DNA of 64,000 bases, from the NCBI GenBank assembly GCA_963695555.1, contig CAVOGR010000002.1:288001-352000 (forward strand). The letters are read 5' to 3'. Shown here in pieces: positions 19,225 through 28,124 of the stretch. The notes under the pieces were generated by a model that saw only the letters and a list, made by a program, of their open reading frames with translations, ran no database searches and was not told the DNA's origin. The stretch comes from an uncultured Gemmatimonadales bacterium (GTDB lineage: Bacteria > Gemmatimonadota > Gemmatimonadetes > Gemmatimonadales > GWC2-71-9). The number at the start of each line of letters is the position of its first letter. Position 1 is the first letter of the stretch. Both the position numbers and the translations under genes were made by a program.

Positions 19225-20067
19225 ATGACCCGAACAATACACGTCGCACACAGTCCGGACTCCGACGACGCTTTCATGTTCTTCGCCCTCACCGAGGGGA
19301 AGATCGACACCGGTGACCGGCGGTATGTGCATGAACTCTCCGATATCGAGTCGCTCAACGCCCGGGCGCTCCGAGGCGAGTTGGAGGTCTCGGCGGTTTC
19401 GATTCACGCGTATGCGTACATTGCCGATCGCTATGCACTGCTGGCAAGTGGCTGCTCCATGGGCGATGGGTATGGCCCTCGATTGGTTTCGCGGCAAGCC
19501 AAGCCCGAGGATCCGGTGGCCGCGCTCTGCGGACTGCGAGTGGCCGTGCCGGGCAAGCTCACCACTGCCTATCTCGCGCTGAAGCTCTTTCAACCGGACG
19601 TGGTCGAGGTTGTGCTTCCGTTCGACCAAATCGAAGCAGCGGTCCGCGACGGGACCGTTGATGTGGGCCTGGTGATCCATGAAGGCCAGCTCACCTACGC
19701 GGACGAGGGATTCACCCTCTGGGGCGACCTCGGCGCTTGGTGGCTAAGCGAGACGGGGCTCCCGCTCCCGCTTGGAGGCAACGTCGTCCGGCGAGACCTC
19801 GGCCCGGAATTGGTGGCCCTCATTGCCGCCGATCTTCGCCGCAGCATTGAATTTGGGCTCGCACATCGCCAGACCGCCCTCGCATATGCCAAGCGTTTCA
19901 ACCGGGGAATCGGGGATGACCGGACCGACACCTTCGTGGGTATGTATGTCAATGAATGGACGGTCGATTACGGGCCACGGGGAAGGGAGGCCGTACGCTT
20001 GCTGCTCGGGCGCGGCACGGAATCCGGCATCATCCCTGCAGCAGTAGAGGTGACTTTCGCTGGGTAA
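19225..20067 (+). CDS. mqnD: 1,4-dihydroxy-6-naphthoate synthase (futalosine menaquinone pathway)
   Basis: HSPDSDDAFMF, DIESLN, YGPRLV, IHEGQLTY, LPLPLGG, MYVNE. Confidence 0.9.
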   Translation: MTRTIHVAHSPDSDDAFMFFALTEGKIDTGDRRYVHELSDIESLNARALRGELEVSAVSIHAYAYIADRYALLASGCSMGDGYGPRLVSRQAKPEDPVAALCGLRVAVPGKLTTAYLALKLFQPDVVEVVLPFDQIEAAVRDGTVDVGLVIHEGQLTYADEGFTLWGDLGAWWLSETGLPLPLGGNVVRRDLGPELVALIAADLRRSIEFGLAHRQTALAYAKRFNRGIGDDRTDTFVGMYVNEWTVDYGPRGREAVRLLLGRGTESGIIPAAVEVTFAG

Positions 20068-20221
20068 TGGGGGCCTAGGGCACCCGGGAGACCCTCCCAC
20101 AAGGGCCCTGGAGTGGCTGAGGCCGCCTGCCGTGGCGGTTCTGTGACTGACCTTGGCCGCCCGTCGTGGGCCGGAAATGGGTTCCGGCACCGGAAGCAAG
20201 ACCGAACACTGAGGAGATCCC

Positions 20222-21268
20222 GTGTCCGACAATGACGGGGCGCTGACCTTGTTGGTCGTGGATGACGAGGAGTCGATTCGAAGTGCGTTGCATCGATTCC
20301 TCTCCCAGCAGGGGTATCGGGTTCTCACCGCCGAGTCCGGCGAGGAGGCCCTGGAAATCCTCGCGCAGGAATCGATCGACGCCGCGTTGCTCGACGTCCG
20401 ACTCCCGGGCATCAGCGGCATCGACCTCGTGCCCAGGGTTGTTGAGGCCGGGCCGCATATTGCCATTCTCATGTTGACCGCGGTCAATGACGCAACCACC
20501 GCCAGTCTGTGCATGCAGCGTGGGGCGATGGAGTATCTCACCAAGCCGATCGACCTCAAGGATCTCGATCGGGCGATCCGGCGAGCGCTCCAGCGCCGTG
20601 AATCGTCGCGCCAGTCGAGCGAGCTCAGCGAATTTTTCCGAGAAGAGGGCGCGCGCCGCACCTCGGAGTTGGAGCGGGTCTCCGTGGCGACGCTCGAGGT
20701 GCTCGTGAACGCCCTCGAGGCCAAGGATTCGTACTCCCGCGGGCACTCGGCCCGCGTGGCCGATCTGTCGGCCATGGTCGCCGCCGAGCTGGGGCTGGCC
20801 GATGAAGAGGTCGAGCGGGTCCGTACGGCCGGGCGGCTCCACGACATCGGAAAGATCGGTGTCCGGGAAGACATCTTCCTCAAACAGGGGCCGCTCACCA
20901 AACATGAATACGAGCTCGTCAAGCAGCATGTCGTGATCGGATCACAGATCCTCGCCCCGCTGGCCCATCTCCAGGACATCTCCGATTCCGTCCTCCATCA
21001 TCACGAACGCTGGGACGGCAGCGGGTACCCGGACGGGATCAATGGGGAGAACATCCCGTTGGGCGCCCGCATCATCGGGGCCGTGGAAATCTTCGATGCG
21101 CTTACGACCTCCCGGCCGTACCAAGAGAAGATGTCCACGGAATTTGCGATCGAGCGGCTGCGCGATCTCATGGGCACCGCGGTGGAGCCTCGGATCTACT
21201 TGGCCCTCGAAGCCGTGGTGGGACGCCGCCGGACGCTGGTGTTTCTCGAAGATGACGGGAGGGGTTAG
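20222..21268 (+). CDS. Response regulator with HD-GYP c-di-GMP phosphodiesterase domain
   Basis: REC (VVDDE, LLDV, YLTKP) plus LHDIGKIG and HHERWDGSGYPDG. Confidence 0.95.
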   Translation: MSDNDGALTLLVVDDEESIRSALHRFLSQQGYRVLTAESGEEALEILAQESIDAALLDVRLPGISGIDLVPRVVEAGPHIAILMLTAVNDATTASLCMQRGAMEYLTKPIDLKDLDRAIRRALQRRESSRQSSELSEFFREEGARRTSELERVSVATLEVLVNALEAKDSYSRGHSARVADLSAMVAAELGLADEEVERVRTAGRLHDIGKIGVREDIFLKQGPLTKHEYELVKQHVVIGSQILAPLAHLQDISDSVLHHHERWDGSGYPDGINGENIPLGARIIGAVEIFDALTTSRPYQEKMSTEFAIERLRDLMGTAVEPRIYLALEAVVGRRRTLVFLEDDGRG

Positions 21269-21301
21269 CAGCTACCGCCCTGTACCCACCGGCCCCGGCT
21301 C

Positions 21302-22348
21302 GTGAAGTCTGACCGCAGCAGGGTCCGGATTCTGATCGCGGACGACGATCATGCCATTGTCCGCCTGATGTCGTTGGCCCTCACGCGCAACGGGTTCTCC
21401 ACGCCACTCGAAGTCTCCACCGGTCAGGCCGCGCTTGCCACCGCGGACCAGGCAGACATTCTGCTGCTGGACTACCAGCTTCCGGATCTCTCCGGTGTCG
21501 ACGTTCTCGAGCAGCTTCAGCACAACCCTCACGCTCCATCGGTGGTGCTCGTGACCGCGCATGGCGGCGAGCAAGTCGCCGCCAGAGCCCTCCGCCTCGG
21601 CGCCGAGGATTACCTCACCAAGGACACCGCCCTGGCAGACCTGCTCCCCGAAGTGGTCGAGCGGGTGCGGCGCACCCGAGCCCTTCGGACCGCTCTCGCC
21701 GACGCCGAGCGCGAGCTGATGCTCGCAGCCCGCCGCGAGGCAATCGGTGAGATGACGGTGACCCTGCACCACGAGATCAACAACCCGCTCATGACGGCGT
21801 TTGCCGAGGTCTCGATCCTGCTGTCGGACGATCAGCTACCGGCGCACTATCGCGCCGGCCTCGAGGAGCTGAAGGCGGCGCTCGAGCGCATTCGAGACAT
21901 CATGCAGCGGGCAGGAGACTTACAAGCGGCAGAGGCGGTCGAGTACGTGCACGGGATTTCCATGATGGACCTGTCGGCCCTCCCCGAATCATCCCACACG
22001 CTCGGAAACGCGGTGGTGTACCTCGAGAGTCCGTCCCTCGCCCGGATCGCGGAGCTCCTCATCCGCCGGGCAGGCTACACCGTCGACCGGGTTGGCTCCG
22101 TCGAACAGCTTGCGGAACGCGCGAGCGACGGAAGCGCCGCAGTCGTTGTGGTGGCGGATGCGACCTGGAACGAGGGAGGTACCTGGCTCGGTCGCCAGCG
22201 AGAAAGCAACCGGAACTGCCGGGTGGTGGTGCTCACGGCGGACGACGGTCGGCTGGTGCGCGAAGCCGGGGCCGATGCGGTGTTCTCTCTCCCCTTTGAT
22301 CCGGCTGTGTTCGTCGAGCAGCTCGCCGGCTTCGGCCAGGCTCCCTAG
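21302..22348 (+). CDS. REC - HisKA(DHp) - degenerate REC signalling protein without kinase ATP domain
   Basis: IADDD/LLDY/YLTK receiver; TLHHEINNPL H-box; no N/G boxes; C-terminal VVVLTA..AGADAVFSLPF. Confidence 0.8.
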   Translation: MKSDRSRVRILIADDDHAIVRLMSLALTRNGFSTPLEVSTGQAALATADQADILLLDYQLPDLSGVDVLEQLQHNPHAPSVVLVTAHGGEQVAARALRLGAEDYLTKDTALADLLPEVVERVRRTRALRTALADAERELMLAARREAIGEMTVTLHHEINNPLMTAFAEVSILLSDDQLPAHYRAGLEELKAALERIRDIMQRAGDLQAAEAVEYVHGISMMDLSALPESSHTLGNAVVYLESPSLARIAELLIRRAGYTVDRVGSVEQLAERASDGSAAVVVVADATWNEGGTWLGRQRESNRNCRVVVLTADDGRLVREAGADAVFSLPFDPAVFVEQLAGFGQAP

Positions 22349-23394
22349 ACGGGAGGGCCGGCTGGGGGCATAGAACGTTCGGGTGCCCTACCCTGTTTTG
22401 CAAACTGATACGACATTCCTTTGAGCCGGGCGATCCGTTGCCGGATGGGCGGGTGCGAGGCAAGGACGTCCCCCACGAATCCCTCGCGGGCGGCGATGCG
22501 ACGCTCCGCCGGGTCCACGATGCACAGATGCGCCGCTCCCCGCCTGATCGAGGCCGTCGCCCCGGATGCCGCGTCGAGCTTCTCCAGGGCCGACGCGAGG
22601 GCCCCGGGATTGCGAGTGAACTGGGCGCCCGTTGCATCGGCCAGGAACTCGCGCTTGCGGCTGACGGTCATCGCCATGAGGCGAGAGACGATCGGTGCCA
22701 CGATGAGCGTCAGCACCCACGCAATCAGTATGGCAATGGCGAGCGGATTGCCGCCGCGGCGGCCGCCGCCCTTTCCTAATGTCCGGGGCATGCGGCCAGA
22801 CCCTTGAAACACGCGGCCGAGGCCGTCCGATAACAGGGCGATCGCGCCCACCATGGCGGCCAGCACGGTCATGAGGCGGACGTCGAGGTTTCGGATGTGC
22901 GCCATCTCGTGGGCCACGACGCTCTGCAACTCCTCTCGGCTGAGCACGTCGAGCAGGCCTTGGGTCACGGCGATATGCGCGTGGCTCACATCGATGCCCG
23001 TCGCGAAGGCATTGGGGTCGGGGTCCGGCACGATCCACACGGTTGGCTTCGGGACGCCGGACGCGATGCTCATCTCCTCGACCACATTCGCCAGTTGTCG
23101 TTGCTCGAAGGTCACCGGCGTCACCAATTCCCACGCCCCGCTCGACCAGAGCACGCGCTTGGGCCCCTGACGCCACGAGAACCATGCGAGGCTGCCGGCC
23201 GCGAGCGTTGCCACGATCCCAATGATCGGCACCGTGTGGCGGTAGGCGCCGGGAGCGGCATGTTCGGTCAGGAGATAGAGGCCGAGGTCGCCGCCAAACC
23301 CGATCCACGCAAAAAACACGACGAAGCCTGCAACGAGTAGCGTCGTGGTCCGGCGGTTTGCTGCCTGTTGGCTGAAGAGATCCTGCGCCGTCAC
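22345..23394 (-). CDS. htpX: HtpX-like M48 zinc metalloprotease
   Basis: PNAFATG, VAHEMAH, REFLAD, SHPP. Confidence 0.9.
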   Translation of the reverse strand: MTAQDLFSQQAANRRTTTLLVAGFVVFFAWIGFGGDLGLYLLTEHAAPGAYRHTVPIIGIVATLAAGSLAWFSWRQGPKRVLWSSGAWELVTPVTFEQRQLANVVEEMSIASGVPKPTVWIVPDPDPNAFATGIDVSHAHIAVTQGLLDVLSREELQSVVAHEMAHIRNLDVRLMTVLAAMVGAIALLSDGLGRVFQGSGRMPRTLGKGGGRRGGNPLAIAILIAWVLTLIVAPIVSRLMAMTVSRKREFLADATGAQFTRNPGALASALEKLDAASGATASIRRGAAHLCIVDPAERRIAAREGFVGDVLASHPPIRQRIARLKGMSYQFAKQGRAPERSMPPAGPPV

Positions 23395-23963
23395 GCAGAG
23401 GGCTTTTTCATCGACAGGTCGACGGCAGGAACAGCCCGCTCGCCTGCATCTTCGATCTCCCAGAGGTCTGCGGGCACGGCCTTCGCCAAACCTGCCACCA
23501 GGTTGGCCGGAAACTGCATTTGCTTGGTGTTGTATTGTGTGGCAACGTCGTTATACAGCTGGCGCGCAAAGCCGATCTTGTTTTCCGTTGTCGTCAGCTC
23601 TTCCTGCAATTGGGTGATGTTGGCTGTGGCCTTGAGATCGGGATACGCTTCCACCAACGCGAAGAGCTTGCCCAGCGCCTGTGTGAGCATCCCCTCGGCT
23701 TGCGCAACCTCCTTGACGCCAGAGGCACCGACGGCGCGCGAGCGCGCGGCAATGACCGCCTCCATGGTCTCCCGCTCGAAGTCCATGGCCCCCTTCACCG
23801 CGTTGACCAGATTCGGAATCAGGTCGTGCCGCCGTTTGAGCTGGACGTCGATCTGCTTCCATCCGTTGAGAACCTGGTTCTTGAGCGCGATCAGGCCGTT
23901 ATAGGTCGCAATGAGCCACAGAATGACGGCTGCGATCAGCACCAAGAAGAGGACGGTCCACAT
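23391..23963 (-). CDS. lemA: LemA family protein
   Basis: QLKRRHDLIPNLV, EAYPDLKA, ENKIGFARQLYN. Confidence 0.95.
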   Translation of the reverse strand: MWTVLFLVLIAAVILWLIATYNGLIALKNQVLNGWKQIDVQLKRRHDLIPNLVNAVKGAMDFERETMEAVIAARSRAVGASGVKEVAQAEGMLTQALGKLFALVEAYPDLKATANITQLQEELTTTENKIGFARQLYNDVATQYNTKQMQFPANLVAGLAKAVPADLWEIEDAGERAVPAVDLSMKKPSA

Positions 23964-24005
23964 GGCTATCTCACTTTGTTGAGGTAAGCGCGCTCGGCTA
24001 CCGGT

Positions 24006-24632
24006 TCATTCCTTCCCGACGTCCGAGAGGAGCCGACGGAGGGTAGCCGCTAATTCGTCGTCGCTCCATCGCCCCCGAAGGAAGGGGTGTCCCGCATCGA
24101 TCAGCAATTCACAGCCCTGCGCGATCGAGATGCGCCGCACCAGCGACGCGGCAGGTTCTGCCGACGGGTTCGCAGACCCGGAACTACGCGGCGGGTCGGG
24201 AGTAGCCGGCACCCTGCGACGAGTCCAGCCAAGGGCTTCGGGATCCGGAAGCCTGGGGCCGAGGGCAGCGGCAACTCGCCGCTCAACCACGTCGCCGGCG
24301 AGACCGGTCAGCTCCTGCCGAATGGTATCCAAGGTCGCACCTTCCATCTGCCGCAACTTAATGGCTAACACCTGCAGCAGGTGCCGGTACATGTAGATGG
24401 CAGATGTGCCGCGCCCCTCGGGCGGGGAGACCAGCCCGCGCGAAATATAGAATCGAATGGTCCGGTCGCTCGGTACGGCGCGCGCAACCGCATTCACCGG
24501 ATAGACGTCGGAGGCACGGAGAATGGCGCCGGCCAAGGCCGACAATTCCCGCAGGTTCCAGGGCGCCAACGCACGATAGGCCCACAGGGTCTTCAATGGG
24601 CCACCGGTCGTAGGAGCAGGCGTCGCGGTCAT
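24006..24632 (-). CDS. MerR-family transcriptional regulator
   Basis: DRTIRFYISRGLVSPP..RG...Y...HLLQVLAIK..Q..G.TL..I. Confidence 0.8.
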   Translation of the reverse strand: MTATPAPTTGGPLKTLWAYRALAPWNLRELSALAGAILRASDVYPVNAVARAVPSDRTIRFYISRGLVSPPEGRGTSAIYMYRHLLQVLAIKLRQMEGATLDTIRQELTGLAGDVVERRVAAALGPRLPDPEALGWTRRRVPATPDPPRSSGSANPSAEPAASLVRRISIAQGCELLIDAGHPFLRGRWSDDELAATLRRLLSDVGKE

Positions 24633-24850
24633 TGACGCCCCTAGCGAGGGGGCGGGAGACGCGCGGGTTTCCGGCCTGGCTGCGGCATGCGGGTGGCTCC
24701 AGCGTGGCGAATACATGGGTCGATGCTGACGGCTCCGGAGAGTATGCTCCGGTGCGGCGCGTCCGGCAAGATGCCGACGCACGCGATTTCCTGACCGGTG
24801 GCGGGCCATTGCGATGATGCTCTTCAGCCGCGCCAAGCGCACCTTTCGTC

Positions 24851-25282
24851 ATGCAACACGGCATGACCCTTCCCGAGCTGATGCTCGGCATCGCGCTGCT
24901 TGCTCTCCTGACAGCCATCGCGATTCCGAAATACCAAGAAACCCTCGATCGCGTGGCCGTCGATCGGTCGGCGTATGCATTGGTTGCCGCCCACCACCGC
25001 GCCCGAATTGCGGCCATTCTCGAGAGCCAACCGTCACTGCTTCAATTCACGCCCGATTCTCTCGTTATCCGCATCCGCCGCGGGGCCGGGAACTCACTCT
25101 ATTGGAACGGTCCGGGTCCCGCCGCTCGGAGGGTCCAGCTGACCGGGCCAGGCAAGGCAGTGGTGTTCAGCCCAACAGGCCTCACCATGGGGTTTGCGAA
25201 TGGCACCTGGGTGCTGCGGAGAGGGCAGGCCTATCGGCGGGTGGTCACGTCCAGGCTCGGCCGTGCCCGGATTCTGCGCTAG
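24851..25282 (+). CDS. Prepilin-type (GspH/FimT-like) pseudopilin
   Basis: G|MTLPELMLGIALLALL..IAIP class III signal. Confidence 0.88.
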   Translation: MQHGMTLPELMLGIALLALLTAIAIPKYQETLDRVAVDRSAYALVAAHHRARIAAILESQPSLLQFTPDSLVIRIRRGAGNSLYWNGPGPAARRVQLTGPGKAVVFSPTGLTMGFANGTWVLRRGQAYRRVVTSRLGRARILR

Positions 25283-25299
25283 ACGGACACGACCCGGAC

Positions 25300-25695
25300 T
25301 CAGCGCGGAGAGTTCCGGGCGGGCGGCTCGATCCCATATCGCCGGATCTTGTTGAGCAGGGTCGACCGAGAGATCCCGAGCAGGAGCGCCGCTTGTCGAC
25401 GGTTGCCCCCCGTGTGGTCCAACATCGCCGCGATATGCCGTCGCTCGACCGCATCCAGGGGTTCCACACCCGGCGGGGCGGCGGGAGCCAGGGCCTGCCT
25501 GAGGCGGGGCAAGTCGAGGCCTGGATCGTGAAGGTCGATCGCGAGAATGTCGGGTGCGCCGCCAGGCATCGGACTGGCAGCGTCGCCGAGCCGATCTATC
25601 CCCACTGCTCGATACCCTGCCTGACGCAGAGCCGCCACCAACGACGCGCGACGTGACGCGTCGGGCCCAACGACAACGATCTCGAGCGCGGTCAT
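25300..25695 (-). CDS. Small Fis-type HTH protein with degenerate receiver-like N-terminus
   Basis: LDAVERRHI..ML..TGGNRRQAALLLGISRSTLLNKI; no AAA+ domain. Confidence 0.8.
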   Translation of the reverse strand: MTALEIVVVGPDASRRASLVAALRQAGYRAVGIDRLGDAASPMPGGAPDILAIDLHDPGLDLPRLRQALAPAAPPGVEPLDAVERRHIAAMLDHTGGNRRQAALLLGISRSTLLNKIRRYGIEPPARNSPR

Positions 25696-25770
25696 CTGCT
25701 GAAGCTAGCGGCCGTTCAGGCTCGGAGCCACCCGGCCGGCGCCCATCAGCAGGTATTAGCTTTCGACTAT

Positions 25771-26772
25771 ATGGAGACCCGCACATCCGAGCGCTCGACC
25801 CGCCCGGCCATCGACCTGACCCATGCGCCGCTGGGCGAACGCGTCCAAGAACCGTTTGTCGTCGTCGCGGTCGATCACCGCGGAATCGATGAACCGTTCA
25901 CGGTGCTTACTCTCGGCAACCGCACCGGACGGATCGAGACGGCCCCGTTTTGGCTGAAAGACCTGCCCCGTGTGACCGGCATCGTGAAGGGCGACGTGGC
26001 CCAGGTCATCGGAGAGATCGCCTCGTATCACGACCGGCGACAGCTCAAGGTCAGTTCACTTCGCGTGCTGCCGAAAGACATGGTCGATTGGTCCGACCTG
26101 CTGCCGTCGATCGGGGATACTGGTCCCTATTGGGATGCGGCGGATCGGTGGCGGTCGACGATCGTCCGCCCCAGGCTGCGGGCGGTGATCGACCTGTTCT
26201 TCGCGGACCCGGAGTTTCGCCTACGCTTCGGAGCCTGCCCCGCAAGCCTGAACGAGCACCACGCCGCCCTGGGCGGGGTGCTGGTGCATACGGTGGAGGT
26301 GGCGAGGATTGCCCGGACAATTGCCCGGGTGTGCCATGCCGAAGTCGATGTGGCCGTGGCCGGGGCCTTGCTTCACGATATCGGAAAGACCGAGGCCTAC
26401 CGCTGGTCGGGAGGATTCGATCTCTCCGAGCGTGGGACCTTGCACGGCCCACAGGTGCTTGGAGCGGACTTGCTCGCTCAGCGGGTCCGGTCCGTCACGG
26501 CACCGGCCTGCACCGAGCACGAGCTGGCTCTCCTGCAGCACTTGGTGCTTGCGCAGTCGGATACGCGTCCGCATCGCTCTCCCGTGGTTCCGGCAACCCT
26601 CGAGGCCTTGGTCATCCATCACGCAGACCGAGCCAGTGCCCAAACCGCAGGGCTAGCCGAGGCGCCCCCTTGGGGGACAGGCGCGCCGGGCGATCTCTTG
26701 ATCACATTGGCGAACGTCCGAGGCCCCGACGGGCAGCAGGTGTTTCGTGGGGCCAGCGATTGGGGGGCGTAG
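25771..26772 (+). CDS. YhaM/Cbf1-like OB-fold + HD-domain 3'-5' exonuclease
   Basis: LTLGNRTGRIE OB-fold; PAS..HHAALGGVLVHT; ALLHDIGK; LEALVIHHAD. Confidence 0.85.
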   Translation: METRTSERSTRPAIDLTHAPLGERVQEPFVVVAVDHRGIDEPFTVLTLGNRTGRIETAPFWLKDLPRVTGIVKGDVAQVIGEIASYHDRRQLKVSSLRVLPKDMVDWSDLLPSIGDTGPYWDAADRWRSTIVRPRLRAVIDLFFADPEFRLRFGACPASLNEHHAALGGVLVHTVEVARIARTIARVCHAEVDVAVAGALLHDIGKTEAYRWSGGFDLSERGTLHGPQVLGADLLAQRVRSVTAPACTEHELALLQHLVLAQSDTRPHRSPVVPATLEALVIHHADRASAQTAGLAEAPPWGTGAPGDLLITLANVRGPDGQQVFRGASDWGA

Positions 26773-26791
26773 GTCCGCATAGACCAGATAC

Positions 26792-26834
26792 AAAAGAGGG
26801 ACGGCCGTCTGGCTCTTAACCAAACGACCGTCCC
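26792..26834 (-). terminator. Intrinsic terminator ending the candidate ncRNA
   Basis: GGGACGGUCGUUUGG-UUAAGAG-CCAGACGGCCGUCCC-UCUUUU; 15-bp stem with 2 G-U pairs that work only on the minus strand. Confidence 0.85.
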
Positions 26835-27215
26835 ACACATCAGCTACCCGAGGCCGGGGCTCGCGCCGCCGTTCTTCTCCCACCCGCCGCCGCTTGGCTG
26901 ATGCGCCGATCGGTAGGGCTAGGTGAGGCCTCAGCTTCCATCCCCAGGCCGGATGGCCCTCCCACCTGGTTCGTTGATGCGAGCGCTGCGAGTCAGATCG
27001 GGTCGCGGACCGACCTTTCGCACTGCACCCCGAGGCGCCACATCGGGGTGGATGAAGCGCGCGACTGGCTTCATCCGCCTCGGTCGAGGTGATCACCGGA
27101 ATCAAACGGCCGCCTGAGCCCTTGGTGCTTGGCAACCTCTCCCGATAACTCGCCGAAGCTCACTCGCCGGTCGTACCCAGAATTCAGGGATCCCAAGCCG
27201 GTCCCAACGAGTGAC
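26792..27215 (-). ncRNA. Candidate ~420-nt highly structured non-coding RNA, family not recognised
   Basis: No credible ORF; at least 7 hairpins plus long-range stems; G-U pairs consistently favour the minus strand; bounded by promoter-like motif and terminator. Confidence 0.65.
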
Positions 27216-27221
27216 GACCCA

Positions 27222-27249
27222 AAGATAAGGCCCAGGCAAAACGGCACAA
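27222..27249 (-). promoter_or_regulatory. Sigma70-like promoter for the candidate ncRNA
   Basis: TTGTGC (27249-27244)-N16-TATCTT (27227-27222), 7 nt before the first hairpin. Confidence 0.55.
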
Positions 27250-27283
27250 GTGCCTGTCTTTCTTCGGGTTACGCGATTCGGTC

Positions 27284-27376
27284 TGTGGATAGATGTGGAG
27301 CATTAAGCCCTGATATCGGTATCAGGTAGGGGGGCTCTCCACAGGGTGTGGAGATGTTGATTACTGCTTCTCCACA
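27284..27376. promoter_or_regulatory. Cluster of five DnaA-box-like 9-mers
   Basis: TGTGGATAG 27284, TGTGGAGCA 27294, CTCTCCACA 27335, TGTGGAGAT 27347, TTCTCCACA 27368, versus consensus TTATCCACA. Confidence 0.55.
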
Positions 27377-27423
27377 CCTGGTGATAGATGGTTGCCGAAG
27401 GTGCCGCGGTTGTGGAGTGGTCC

Positions 27424-28032
27424 TCAGGACTCGAGACCGACCTCGATATATCGGAACGACGAGTCCAGTTCGGTCGGGAGGAACAAGCACCCTGCGGAGC
27501 CAGCGGCGAACCACCCGCCGAGCAACGCCCGGGGAACATCGAGTTCCTGGATCACCGGACCCAACCAGCGGCGCAGGTGCCGCACCTCGGGGGCCCGCCG
27601 CGCCAGGACCGACAGCAGGGCCCCACCGCCGGGTGTCGCACGGAGAAAATGTGCCAGCGCATGGGCGCGCTGTCTGAATTCCACGGCCTTGACGCCCGGT
27701 TCGTCGAACAGCACGGCTCCCTCCAGCAGAGCGGTGGGCGGGGCGTCGAGCCGCGGGCCGAGATACACGTATTGGCGCGACTTCTTGATCTTACGCTCTA
27801 CTACCGCGGCACCGGTCTCGCTCGTGAGCCGCGCCGCATGCAGCTGGTCGTCGTCGTGCAGGATGCCGACTGCCGCCGTCCATTCGAGGGCCGAAAGGGC
27901 GGATTCGATGGGACAGCCTCCATCGTCGGTGGCGACTAGCCTCGGCGCTTCCCCGGCACGAAGCATGAAGTGCGCAAGGCCTTCGGCCCGGTCCATAAAT
28001 GTCCGGACGACAAGAATTTGTGGCAGAGTCAT
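27424..28032 (-). CDS. Hypothetical protein
   Basis: GAGGA RBS, 202 aa, protein-like composition. Confidence 0.75.
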   Translation of the reverse strand: MTLPQILVVRTFMDRAEGLAHFMLRAGEAPRLVATDDGGCPIESALSALEWTAAVGILHDDDQLHAARLTSETGAAVVERKIKKSRQYVYLGPRLDAPPTALLEGAVLFDEPGVKAVEFRQRAHALAHFLRATPGGGALLSVLARRAPEVRHLRRWLGPVIQELDVPRALLGGWFAAGSAGCLFLPTELDSSFRYIEVGLES

Positions 28033-28124
28033 TCCTCAAACCTAAGGCCGCAGCACCGTAAATTCTACGTGCGCCACCGACCGGTGCGGCGCGAGCCGCT
28101 CACCACAGGCGTCTGCCCCCAACG

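Noticed and set aside
26653..27135. 160-aa minus-strand ORF and small plus-strand ORFs over the structured region
   Set aside because: Arg/Pro/Ser-rich shadow composition, no RBS, overlaps the YhaM-like gene and runs through a terminator.
26792..27215. Identity as RNase P RNA, tmRNA or SRP RNA
   Set aside because: No GAGGAAAGUCC P4 motif, no tRNA-like ends or tag ORF, and no SRP helix-8 GGAA motif seen on either strand.
27284..27376. Chromosomal origin oriC
   Set aside because: Boxes are imperfect, with no adjacent dnaA/dnaN/gidA and no obvious AT-rich unwinding element; kept only as a regulatory cluster.
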